From contig NW_027272283.1 of assembly GCF_040938485.1 (NCBI RefSeq), positions 124,001 through 188,000 on the forward strand: 64,000 nt of DNA. The letters run 5' to 3'. Below the pieces are notes generated by a model. The model worked only from the letters and a program-made list of their open reading frames with translations, was not told where the DNA came from and made no database searches. Position 1 is the first letter of the stretch; each line of letters opens with the position of its first letter. Below are positions 1 through 12,339 of this stretch, piece by piece. This stretch comes from Diadema antillarum. Its lineage: Eukaryota. The translations under genes and the position numbers were made by a program.

Positions 1-244
1 TGGTTGCGAGGCGTGAGCATCTGATCCAATCCAAAACATAGACTGTATGTATATCGTGCAAAACTATGTTGTCTTCACTCTATATAAAAAGGTGTGCAGA
101 GCCATGTTTTATGAATAGCATTGCTCCTACTACACAAGACCATCATAAAATGGTGTAATGTGAAATCCCCACTTTATCCCCACCCCATCCTCCATAAAAA
201 GAGATGCTGTATCTGATATAGCATTGGCAACCAGCTGCACTTAC

Positions 245-3200
245 CAGCACAGACAGAAGGCAGAGAACACCAAGAGCCAGAGAAGCCGCCCAGTTCAGCA
301 TCGTCATGACATTGAAGATAGCCATGAAGAACTTCGGCCTGGAGTGGACAAAAATGGATGAGGTCAATATGGTGCAAATGGATGACCCATGTACAATCTT
401 ACCGATGTGCTGTCACCAACAATCAACATGGCTCACAAATTTGCATATGCAACTTATATTGCCCTACATCGACATAGGAGAATTTCATGAATTTGAAAAC
501 TTTGCATATGACCAAACCGATGGAGCAGTCAATATAATGATTGTTTAAATGGTCTACATACAGTACAGCTAGATACTGGTCAGAAATGAATCATAATACA
601 ATCACAAGAATACTGTAGAGGGCAGAAATAATTAAATTGTGAGCAGTAAAGTCACATCAGATAAAATTAAATGGGTTAGTCAAATACCGGTTAGTGATTG
701 GCTAAACACAGTCACGTGATGGAGGCACACTGGTTATGTTCGCCCATGGGCAGAACATTTTTGTAATGTTCTCCCGCGAGAAAACATTTTCACGTAACAA
801 ATGACAAACGATACCACTCGGGATAGGGAGGGGGAGGGGGAGGGGGAGGGGTAGTATAACTCATGAGAGATACTGAAAAAAGCTGACATTTACAAATTAG
901 GAACTCAACATGAGTACTATTTCTACCAAGAATCCGGCACTGGTCCACATTTACCACAGGCTAGATGGTCCAACGAAGCCTGCCTTGTGGGAGAAAGACG
1001 GACACTGGAGCAAACCATAGAGGGCGACAACACCGGTCCAGAGACCCGAGTACCAGTAGGTAGTAAAGAAGGCAAAGAGAACAAAGAGCCAGTTGATGTA
1101 GATGGAGGCCTGGGGAGGGAGAAAGAAAATACAGTCATGTCCAAGTGGCCACCAATAAAAGTTTGTCTCACTGGGGGGTGGGGTGGGTTAGTTTCAGTTC
1201 TTTGCTTGACAAACTTGTGTCATTATGTTTAGCTGTTCTGACCTAGCTGACAACAAAATTATGATTAATTTTGAAAACCCTAGTTTGGGTCTGTCAGCAG
1301 TAAGTAGTGTTAGTGCTCAAGTGCGGCATCCTTCCTGTTATGTCATGGAGGAGGGGACATGATACTTAAACTGGATTGCTCCCTTTTTAAGTAGCCAGGT
1401 AAAAATGGATCCACGCTCCAATCTCTCACTATCAATTGGATCCTCCTGTCTGCTTCTATAGTTTACAGCAAACTTGGAAAAACCAACATTTCCTTCTTTA
1501 AGGATTATGTCCATTCTTTAATAAGGAGATGCGTACACTTGTACCAAGGTAACATGCATGTACATTTTCTAAAAGGCAGTTACAAAGCTGCCGTGTGCTT
1601 TGTTAATATTTCTTTCTTCATCATCAAAATATCCAGCAAACAATTTTAGGATATTAAAAATGAATGCTGGTCAAAATTTGTATGGACAAGAGAGGGGCTA
1701 GAAAGAGAAATGATGTAGACTATTTTTGTATTTAGTTACTTCTAAGACATTGCGAATGCATCTTATTAGCTTATATATCAGGACACTAGGGATTGTATTC
1801 GCAGATTAGACAGCAAGAAAAACACCAACTAATATTAATAAAAATAACAATAAACAGAACAACCATACCCTGAAATCTCGCAGCAAGGCCTCTCTCCACC
1901 TCAGTGTGGCCACTTCCTTGATGAGGGATGTCCTTATCTCTTCTGTCTGCCCCGCCCCCAGGTCATTCTTCGCCTTCGTTGCCAGGTCAACAAATGACTG
2001 CCACAAAATAACATTAGAAATAGGAATATAAGTGTCTATAAAGGCTGTACTCATTCATGGCTTGGGCATTCTTTCCCTCTAGTGTAAGTTTATAAATGAC
2101 ACCTAAAAACAGAAAAAGAACATTGCGTACCTGTACATACACTTGTAGTTTTTTCTATACTTTATAAATTTGTTCAAACTAATGGAGCACTTTTTTAAAA
2201 GTTGATGTTTTCTCTCATCTATAGAGTATGCACAAAAAGGACACTAACTTATAATTAAACTACTAATAATTCTTTGATGCTGCTGTAAGTGTAGCAAACA
2301 AAGTATACCATGAGCACTAGACATACAATAAGGTCCTAAAACACTATAGAAATAAACAGAAAAACAAGAAGAAATTCCCCAGGTTCTTGTCATCCCATGA
2401 TAATTTATAACTCTCCAAAAAGAAGTAATTTTCTCCATGCGAAGGACACTTTGCTTAAATGTGTATCAAAAAAATGAGAGAACTGTGGGAAATGTCAGAC
2501 TGTAATGTATCCTACTGCCTCACATGACATGTTTAACTCAAATAGTCAAACCCTGAAAGTGTTTAAACTGTTAATCTTCTTAAAGGATAAATTCAAGTTT
2601 GCTTTGTGCAATACATGTATGTACTCCTCTATTCTCTTGAGGGATGATATAATTGAACTTCTTATGAACATCATTTTACAGGCATTCTATCTGTTTCAAT
2701 AAGTAAAATCAGTAGGCATGCATGATGGGTGTGCCCTACTATTAAAATGTTTGTAAAAAAATGTCTCTGCATTCAGGTGTAATACTGTATGGAATACCAA
2801 TCAAGCATTCTACGATCCGACGTATGCTTTTTAAGATCTGGCAATAGGTGATTCTACACAGTGTACAAATTGTTAGAGGCGAAGGCCAGATGAGCAACTT
2901 TTACAAATACTTCACCACTCATAAATAACCAATTATGACCAATAAGCCAAAGTGACATATTATATGTTTAAAAAAAAGTAGAAGAAGAAGAAAAAAAAAT
3001 TAATACAGTGAACACATACCAGGGTATAGTAAGTGGAATGAGCAGTGTAAGAAAGCAAGAATTTAAGTAGTAGAACTAACGTGAAAGACAAGTAACTATT
3101 TCAGAAAAGTTATGTACTTAAGGCAATTACTGCTCGAGGCAATACAATGGAGTGCGAAGAAAACTTATTTTGCCAAAAAAACATGTAAGATTTCTACTAA

Positions 3201-6200
3201 AAGTTAGACTCATGAAAAGTACACAGGTTTCCTAGACACAATTATAAGTGGAAACATCAAAATACACATTATACTTCAGATCAAGAAGAATGTGTTACAG
3301 GTATAAACACACAGAACAAGGCTTTTGAGGCAAGGAGTGAAATAAAATAACTAAAAATCTTTGCAAATTGTCATTCCTTATACTAAGTACTATTAGCAAA
3401 CATTGTTTCCATACTTCACATTTCCTTTTCCACACATGTACACATTCTAGTAGGCTGATGTCAAATTCTGTCCTAACTACATGTACTGTAAGTACTAAAA
3501 CGGAGACCAGCATCACCTGTAGACTTATCATGCTTTTGTTTTACTTTGTATTTACATGTATGATGTATACATACTGTGTTTGTTTGATTTGATTTATTCC
3601 AGCATGAAAACACAAATTGGAAATAGATTTCAAAAGCAAGAAGACAAAGAAGTGCAGCGAATACTGTGTAAAAAAAAGAAAAAAAAAAAAAAGAAGAAGT
3701 TAAGAGAAAGAGGAAAATTCAGGAAGCATAAATTCACTAATCAAGTACTACATGCATTATGCTTTTGGGCAAGTCCAAGCTATTTGATCACACAAGACTG
3801 AAAATTCAAAATGGGTCAATCTACATAAACTTGGTATCATTTTCAAGCTAAGAAGTTAAAATACATGAATTTCAAAAAGAAAAAAGAAAAATCCTTCCGC
3901 ATATTAAACCAGCAATAAATTAATTAATCTGCATAAATGAAAATTTAGAGTAATGCGTGGGACATTCAAAAATCCTGCATTTTAAAATATATCTTTTAAT
4001 TTTTACAAGCTTTTATGAAAATAAGTATGGTGACCTTAAGTCTGACCAACAAGTTATCATGACTGTGATTTTCAGTTTCTCAACTGATTAAATATGCAAA
4101 TGAGGGATGGGCCAAAATTAGCATGTCCCACGCGTTACTATTTTAGGTCATTATTTCTCATTTGCATAAAAGTTAATGATTTAATTGACTTGAAACTTTC
4201 AAAAGACCAAATTCACAATGGACCTAATCATATCCAAGAGATAAAAAGTTAGTCTGATAAATCTCATACTTGCAATTTTCAATTAAATTTAGTAACGCGT
4301 GGGACATTTTAGTAACGCGTGGGACGATTTGTGTACAAGTCAATGGAAGTGTACTAAATCTTAGTCTTCTATGGGAAATGTGTACATTATTGAGGGATTT
4401 TTTGTAATTTTGTGAATTCTGACTTGAAATTTGGTGAAAAGTTCCACTTTGGATAAATAATTCACAAAAGATCATTACATGCTATTTTCAAGGTCACATT
4501 CAAAGTCAAATGTCAAAAAATAAAGGATAACACAAGCATTTCATATTTTTTATTATATCTATTGTTCTGGTGGGTCTAAATCATTTAGATTGCAAGAATT
4601 TATTAGAAATACATCTATTTAGATAATTAGTACCCCCATATTAAAGTTTCTCTGAGCAAATGTGCAATTTACATCACAATATTCATAGTGACAAAAATGT
4701 CCCACGCGTTACTTGTCCCACGCGTGACTATACCTATTTTTCTATTATTGACCTTGAGAGAAAACAGTTTCATGATTTTTTCTGAAAAGTTTTGTTTCAG
4801 GTACAGTTATTGTTGTAGAAAAAGATGTTTGTAATGATTTTATAGTATACCAAGTATTTTCACAATAATTGAGATAAAAGTAAAAGAAGAAAAAAAGGAC
4901 AATTTTTGTGGTCCCACGCGTTACTGGAGAATAAATTTGCATAAATTAAATACTGAACGTGTGATTTTCATTATTTCTATTGTTTTGAACGAAGATGCCT
5001 ACTAGCTACCAAAAGCAACCCAACATATGAAGTTTCAATCTTAACAGTGCAATATAGGGCTAAATCTTCTTGTGATGTCCCACGCGTTACTGGTGCAAAA
5101 TAGCTTGGACTTGCCCTTTTTGATACATCAGTGAGAGGACCCTGTCCTGGAAACGACATGGGTGTACTATGTATAAATAGATAATTTTGCAAGTGGTCGA
5201 AGTTGTTATCATGGTGTACAGCTACAGATGGAGAAATTGAGAAGTGCATGCATCCATTTACAGACAAAGAGCTGTTTCAGAGGGGAAAAAAACATAATTT
5301 CTTACAGCATAAAGCAACACAATTGTTAACACATCCGTAGTTTCTTAATGTCCATCACAATTGATACAGAGTGTATTCATAAAATGCCACTTTCACAAGA
5401 CTTTTATCATCTTCTTTCAACATTGTTTTCGTACTTTCCACACTTTCCACTTGAACGATGTCTCTTTGAATCTCAGTTTCTTCTGTTCAGTTATCTTTTT
5501 TTCCCATCGATGCCTCATTATCCCTAAAAAGATAATCACATTGGTACACCAGTCTCCCTCCCCAGCTCTCCTATTGTGTGTGTGTGTTTTTTTTTTCCAA
5601 TTGCTTCATTTCATTCTACCTTTATATCTCTTGAATAGAGATATACAAATTGTATAACAGACTCATCACTGTTGAATACACAAACTTGACAGAAATAAAT
5701 GGCCAATTAAATTCATTGACAGTCATGAAGGAAACAACCGCAGTAAAACAAAATATGGGTGCCTATTCCGTTCTATATGATGAAAGCATCCTTTTTTTCT
5801 AACTAGAGGGCATCACAATATCAATGCACTGTCCTTAGAATACAGAGAAAGGTTAGGTAAGGTTTGACCACTGAGGGAAGATTGATAGTGGTACATGTAC
5901 ATAATAGAGGAACACCATTTCAACAATATTTTATTGTTGTTTCATTAATGTTTATTAATGCTTTGTTGTGCTTGTGATTTGACACTGAGACTCACGCACA
6001 CACACTTGTAACAGAGCATGCACACAAAGCAACCAAGAGCAACTGCTGCTGCACTCTCTTGTGCTTGAGGTTTGTCAAGGAGGGATGTGCATGATCTTAA
6101 TACACATACTAGCATGCATGTATCTGGCCAGCCATGGCCATGATTTCACCCAAAATCGGAAGGTGCCAAATGCCATGAAATGAGCACACTGATATTTTCG

Positions 6201-6695
6201 TGCTGAAATTAAATGTGATCGAGACCAGTGGTGATTTTTGTGTGTGTGTGTTGTTTAGATTTGTGATACAACACTGATTCACCAAAATTCATGAAAATTT
6301 GACTTTCGTGAAAATAACAGCTTTTACAGTACTTTGGGCCAGTTTTGATGATGTTTATCAGAATTATCCCCCAAAACAACTTACAGTCACTGCACTGGAC
6401 AGTCTTAGGTCTAATATACCTCTTGCCGCTTCGCCATGGGAACCATCTTGAGGATGCAGCGGTCGGCGATGCGATAGTCGTCCAGGGTGTAGGCATCCCG
6501 CAGGTACTGGCCCTTGAAGCGAAGCCGGAACTGGTGGTCCTCGCGCCCCATCACATAGAGGATGTGGAGCAGTTGGGCCCTGATCCTGGCCAGGGTGTCT
6601 AGGGCACTGCATTGCAGCACAAAGGTGTGCACCTGTGTCACAATTGGGACAGGGAATATGATAAAAACTAGCACCACCTGTTTTGCAGCCAACAT
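245..6695 (-). CDS. Ubiquitin-like-domain multi-pass membrane protein, 3'-incomplete; exons (minus) 6695-6420, 1997-1869, 1109-955, 338-245, continuing beyond the left edge
   Basis: All four exons have GT donors; exons 2-4 have pyrimidine-rich AG acceptors. They join in frame (phases 0,0,2). Exon 1 carries a ubiquitin-fold pattern (FRLRFKGQYLRDAYTLDDYRIADRCILKMV, compare ubiquitin [29 protein letters not shown]) without a terminal GG. Exons 3-4 encode hydrophobic segments (IYINWLFVLFAFFTTYW; YSGLWTGVVALYGLL; FFMAIFNVMTMLNWAASLALGVLCLLSVL). Extra small exons in the 4.4-kb first intron cannot be excluded. Confidence 0.8.
3949..5091. repeat. Eight dispersed copies of the 15-mer GTCCCACGCGTTACT in both orientations, intronic
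   Basis: Copies at 3949, 4125, 4291, 4311, 4699, 4715, 4911 and 5077; the copies at 3949 and 4715 each have one substitution. Confidence 0.85.
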
Positions 6696-6745
6696 GGAGG
6701 TTTGCAAATTGTTTTGAGATAGTATTCAGAATGGCCAGCGCCACG

Positions 6746-6785
6746 TATTTAAAAGTTTGTTTTTTTTTTCTGGTGCCACTTCCGG
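6746..6785 (-). promoter_or_regulatory. Probable core promoter of the UBL-TM gene (ETS site and TATA-like element)
   Basis: CCGGAAGTG on the minus strand at 6777-6785 and TTTAAATA near 6746-6753, about 50-90 nt upstream of the ATG at 6695. Confidence 0.45.
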
Positions 6786-7687
6786 GGTAAAAAAAGTGGG
6801 GGGGGGGGGGGGGAATAAAGTGAACTAAAAAGTGGCAAAGTTGCTCTCAGGCGTTATGCCTTTGTAGTATGTCAAATATTTGAATCAAGCATGCAAACAA
6901 AGCACAGAGTATACTGATCTTCTACAATCAGTTTTTGTTTTGTTTCGTTTTTTTTTTTTTAAGCAGCATTTTGAAACAAGCAGGATGGTTGCTTCATCTC
7001 AACTTGTGAATTTTGTGTCAATGGGTACATATTGCCTAAGGATAATTGGGATAATATGTAAACCTAGTGTCATTACAGAATGACTTTGATTAAAGCCCAT
7101 TTACAGTATAAGTGGATTGAGGAAATGCAGCAATACATGTAAATGTATGTACAGCTGTAGGACACAATCAGTGAACAGGTGAAGTTTGAGGAAAGTTACT
7201 TTTTGAAAAGTTATGAATATTTGAAGTTTTGGTTTTGCAATCTCTGGACAAGAAGATCTACACTGTACATTGTGTAATGTCATGTATGGACAATGACATT
7301 TCCTGAAGAAAATATAAAGAAAATCTAACATGTTTCCTATATAAATGCACTTTTTTTTTGCATAATGAAAGAGCACTTGACTTACAAGTACATGTACCTC
7401 CTTCAGAAGGAGCAAGGGGAAACATGATACGTTAAATCTAGTATTATAAGATGAGGGAATGCTTACTTTTCATATACAGGTAAGTTCTTATCTATCAGAT
7501 GTCTATTTATAAATCTTTTAAGATTTATATTTTCTTAATTCTATATCAATATGTGATGTCACAATCAGTATAGCGACTCCTACTTTGTAGCTCCTTCTAC
7601 ATACGAATAGTCATACAACTTTGTACGTCATCTCATCCAGCAATGTGTGTCGCGGAAACAACAAAAATTTCAGAGATAATCAAGTCA

Positions 7688-8178
7688 GGCCCCCGTCACA
7701 TATAAACATGGATTCTCAAGGATCTGCATGGTGATCCAGGGAGATACAGGGAGATCCAGGATAGTTTCAACCTGGATTGAAGTGTTGACAAGCTTTGATA
7801 TGACTGTACCCACGGTATCAACACGGCAGCTACACGGATAAGGCCGGAAGAGCGCGGCATCTACACGGTCAAGCGCAGCGTCTACACGGACAAACACGGC
7901 ATCTGTACACTGATCAACACGGCAGCTACACAGCAGCCACACGGACAATCCTGGATTGCTTTGCCAACACGCAATCCCCAGATGACACTGGATGTTTTTG
8001 ACCTCCAAATGTTGCTGTGTTGGCCTCCCGAATGTCCCCACATCTTCACGAACATACATGGATGTCTAAGATGTCAGAGTAAAGGCGTCAAAACGGATCT
8101 CTCCCCGGATCACCCCCAATTGGATCCGGGGTGGTCCTGGGTGATCTGGGATGTCTAAAAAGTTATGTGACTGGGGCT
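7688..8178. mobile_element. PIF/Harbinger-type MITE (~490 bp)
   Basis: 13-bp TIRs GGCCCCCGTCACA / TGTGACTGGGGCT (2 mismatches), flanked by a 3-bp TCA duplication (7685-7687, 8179-8181). Interior is rich in ACACGG subrepeats; no credible ORF. Confidence 0.75.
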
Positions 8179-8301
8179 TCACACTTGATGTTGATGTTGC
8201 TGCTGAGTGCTGGCAGCACGGTAGGATGATCTTGGAAGGTAAATTTATACATTTTACTGAACGCCATGCAAAGCATTCACACATACCCACACACACAAGT
8301 T

Positions 8302-9097
8302 CAGTTTGGGAAACCCACTCACAAGGGGGGCCCCTCCTTATAAGTAACCCGTCCCCCTTATAAGTAACCCCGTCCCCCTTGTAAGTAACCCCCGGGGCAC
8401 CCCTTATAAGGAGTCTCCACGCTTTTTTGCAATGCAACGCGAAAATGAAAGGACTGCGGCAATTCGCTTGATTATGTCCATAAAGCTTCACAAGTTTCCT
8501 AGTTACTCACGAAATTTGAGCAAATTCGGTTTGAGGCATCATATCTAAAATCATGGATTTAAATGCGATGTCAAACGACCCATGCGAATGCTGAAATGCG
8601 AGCGATTACTGGCGTGAGTGTCGCCAGGCGCGGCGGCGCGGCAATGCTTGAGTGCAGACGTGGCGACTGAGTACGGAGACTTTCGTTCATTCAGGTGGCC
8701 CATGCTGAATGAACGAAAGTCTCCGTACTCAGTCGCCACGTCTGCACTCAAGCATTGCCGCGCCGCCGCGCCTGGCGACACTCACGCCAGTAATCGCTCG
8801 CATTTCAGCATTCGCATGGGTCGTTTGACATCGCATTTAAATCCATGATTTTAGATATGATGCCTCAAACCGAATTTGCTCAAATTTCGTGAGTAACTAG
8901 GAAACTTGTGAAGCTTTATGGACATAATCAAGCGAATTGCCGCAGTCCTTTCATTTTCGCGTTGCATTGCAAAAAAGCGTGGAGACTCCTTATAAGGGGT
9001 GCCCCGGGGGTTACTTATAAGGGGGACGGGGTTACTTATAAGGGGGACGGGTTACTTATAAGGAGGGGCCCCCCTTGTGAGTGGGTTTCCCGAACTG
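8302..9097. mobile_element. Foldback-type palindromic non-autonomous DNA transposon (796 bp)
   Basis: Arms 8302-8694 and 8705-9097 are reverse complements with no indel and about 2 mismatches by eye. Loop is 10 nt (GTGGCCCATG); termini are CAG...CTG; AGTT is duplicated at 8298-8301 and 9098-9101. The outer domain has ~21-bp tandem CCCCTTATAAGTAACCC subrepeats. Confidence 0.9.
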
Positions 9098-9969
9098 AGT
9101 TACTAGTAATGCATGTTGATGTATTGTAGACCCTACTGTAGGGTAGGGAGGTCTCTTTCCACCTCCCTGGATCCTGATTAAACTATCCACAACTCGTTTG
9201 TCACACATTCAATCTGCATGATTTTAGGGTCTCACAGCTCAGTTAAGTTTAATACTAGTTTTATATCTTCAGTTCTGACTATAAAAGCCCGAAGGGTCTA
9301 GAACATGCAGATACTGTGTAGCAAATAGCAATGAATGTTCACGAGCTGTAACATCACCGCTATCGTTAGTCGATGCACACAAAAAAGGCCCGGCTCTTCG
9401 GCGACAATTAACGATATCGAATGCACTGCAGTTTCCATGGGTATAGACTACTTACGATAAATGCGCTGCTCTCGATGTAAAGAAGCATCTTTGTATTTTC
9501 TGTAGATATCTGTGGACAGTTTACTTATACACAATTTGACGTGCTGTTCTGTTCAGCTCCTTCGCGATGTAATTCTACATATTTTTGGCAATCGTGATTC
9601 GACATGCTTGGCGCACTGCACTGCTTGCTACATCAACACAAGTAGCTATGAATTAGCATGAAAGATCCTACACTACTCCAGTAAGCACCATGTAACCATA
9701 CACGTTACACACAACACCAGTAGGTTTCTGTAATAATTCTCTGCAGTCTGCGCTGCAGCAGCGATCACGCACTTGTCGCAATGATGGCCCACTCAATTAT
9801 GCTAATCAGCGTCACTGTGACGTCATCGGTCCCACGGTAACCTCAGAGCTCGTGTCCGCAACGTTGAGGTCGTGCAGAATCAGTACACTGCGGTTGAAAA
9901 TGGGATTTTCTCAACACCGCCGTTAATTAATCATAATGCCGAAAGATGAAAATAAAGATTAATGCAGGT

Positions 9970-11035
9970 CTGAGCGGCGAACGTTTGCGAACGTAGCGAA
10001 TTTGAGATTCGCCAACTTTTCTGACGAATGTTTGCGAAAAATCAAAGTTCGTTTCTGCCATTAGCGACAGTTAGCGACTTTTAGCGATGTTTAGCGACAA
10101 TTAGCAACACTTTAGCGAATGTTTGCGAAAGTGTTTGCGAACACAGGTGGCGAATATTAGCGAATGTTAGCAAATGTTAGCGACAGTTTTGCAAATGTTA
10201 GCGACAATTTTGCAAATGTTAGCGACAGTTTTGCAAATATTAGCAACTGTTTGCAAGTCCTTTGCGACAATTTTGCGAATGTTCTTGGACCTAGAAAAGT
10301 ACCAGGCGATTGTGTATAGTAATACCCATAAAACGACATAAAACCTTCCACTGAATTCAGATCTCTTGTGACAACCGTTCAAGATGGATTTCCAGGATAT
10401 GGAAATAAATTAATTTCTGCCAAGAAGAGGCTCAAGGTGTTGCTATCCTTGAAGAGCTTCTTTGTCAGGCTGCTGCTACAGCTATGTATTGTGCAGCATA
10501 AGAGAAATAAAATAAAGAAAAACAAGAAAGGAAGAAGAATTAAATTTAAAAGAAAGTGAGTCAGAGAGTGCTTGTTGCAGAGGACAGACTTTAGTCAATA
10601 TGAAAAGCTTTTGAAGCAATTACAATCATGATGCAGATGTCAAGAGCTTCAAGAACTTTCTTAGAGTGAAACCTCTTGTCTGTTTCAGAAGCTTTTATAT
10701 AGGAACCATGTGGTTACTTGTTCGCTAGCAGTGGCGAATCATATAAAAATGTTAGCGACACCGTATTACGACCGTTTGCGAATTCTTACGAGTGTTTTGC
10801 GAATGTTTGCGAATGTTTGCAACTGTTAGCGAAAATACAAATTCGCAAAGGTTCGCAAAGAAATTTTGAACATGTTCAAAATTTCTTTGCGACAAGAAAA
10901 ACTGTTTGCGACAATAAAAACCGTTTGCGAACTTTCTTGCGAATGTTAACGAACGTTTTGCAACCGTTTACGAACCCTGGCGAATTCCCAAATTCGCTAC
11001 GTTCGCAAACGTTCGCCGCTCAGTGAGATACCCCC
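9970..11035 (+). mobile_element. Internally deleted Harbinger transposon with a relic of the transposase N-terminus
   Basis: 34-bp perfect inverted repeat CTGAGCGGCGAACGTTTGCGAACGTAGCGAATTT; the left end lacks the outer 12 bp seen at the right end (TGAGATACCCCC). TTAGCGA/TTGCGAA subrepeats. 10530-10670 reads, with a stop and a frameshift, RK*VRECLLQRTDFSQYEKLLKQLQ..DVKSFKNFLRVKP, matching the WVR..L.RR..G.Y..LL.EL...D...FKNFLRM pattern of Harbinger transposases. Confidence 0.75.
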
Positions 11036-11093
11036 TCATCGCCCAAAAGTGAAATCATCCATGATGTAATACACTCCGAAAACACTGAATGCG

Positions 11094-11275
11094 CTGTCGT
11101 GCGTGGCTCAGTGGATATTGGACCAGTCTATCAATCACGAAGTTTGTGGTTCGAGTCCTCTGCTGCGGCTGTTGTGCCCTAAGGCAAGGCACTTTATCCT
11201 CATCGCTCAGTCCTTAGGTCTCGTGGTTGTTTGCTTGTTAAGCATTCGATGCTTCTTAAGCTGTCAAGTGAATTA
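11094..11275 (+). mobile_element. tRNA-derived SINE, degenerate
   Basis: A box TGGCTCAGTGG (11104-11114) and B box GGTTCGAGTCC (11148-11158), followed by the common SINE body motif GTGCCCTAAGGCAAGGCACTTTATCC. Confidence 0.75.
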
Positions 11276-11366
11276 AACTAATTCGTTCAGCTAACCATCC
11301 ATCCATCAATTGCGAGACATATCAAACTAAACCAAACCAAACAAAGCCAAACAAACAAGTAAACAA

Positions 11367-11370
<4 letters not shown>

Positions 11371-11416
<46 letters not shown>
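11371..11416. repeat. (GACA)n microsatellite
   Basis: Directly visible tetranucleotide run. Confidence 0.95.
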
Positions 11417-12138
11417 CATCCTCGAGGTAAGAATAAGATGTTGACAGAAAAAGAAAACTTACGTATTGATATACAGATACAGAAGAATCCTGCGAAAAAG
11501 AAACAAACACAAAATTTCTCTTATTGCATATTAGAATTCGCTTCAATTAACCTTAATCTAATAACTCGGAAAGAACTGACTGTTTATTTTAAATCATCTT
11601 CAATTTTCCTTCGCGACATTATACAGTAGACTTGTTGCATGTTTCTGTTTAATAAAAGAAAACTTTTTGTCTCGACTGCAGTTTAAACTTCGCTTTAATT
11701 AACAGTAGGGTAATCAAATTAAACTCGAAAGGAAATGGGACTGTTTCTTTTAAATTTTTTTTTACTTGTCCGACCGGACATATACACCAAGTACGTATAT
11801 TTCTGTTCACAGGCATAATAGCTAAATCTTTATGCTTGTGAAGTTAGATGCGAATGATTCGAATTGAAATGGAATGTCAAACTTATCCAACCTTCTTTTT
11901 CTGTTGTGACTGATATTAACTTTCAGGTTATGTAAAATGTTACTGCAGCTGTACATGAATTTGAAATCTTTCAAATCTGTAACACTCACAATAGTGATGT
12001 CACAGCTGCGGTTGAAATAAACGATATTTTTTTTTTGCAGCTCCTACGCCACGTTGTTTTTAGTGTAAAGATGCAAAGCAGAGCGGTGTATCGGTGAAGA
12101 GTAATCATTTCTACTTTATGATCATGTCCAGATTTTCC

Positions 12139-12330
12139 TTTAAAGGTCATATTTACCTTTGGGAGCAGTGATTAAAAATGTTCAAGATATCACATTTGAT
12201 GCATATGTGTAGGTCCGTTGTATCACAAAACATCCTACCATATAAAAATCTTGCAATAAAGCCTAAGATACAAGGAGATGTCACTGTTTTTCTCAATAAA
12301 CCATAACTGTAGACGGTTTACTCTGTAAAC
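12139..12330. mobile_element. Possible Kolobok-type non-autonomous element fragment
   Basis: Begins TTAAAGGTCATATTTACC (TTAA followed by a purine-purine terminus). No matching right end was found; apparently truncated by the adjacent LINE. Confidence 0.3.
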
Positions 12331-12339
12331 ATCGACATC

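Noticed and set aside
8066-9129. Mirror-image ORFs on both strands (141, 76, 76 and 73 aa)
   Set aside because: They are the two arms of the palindrome read in opposite directions; no splice or domain support.
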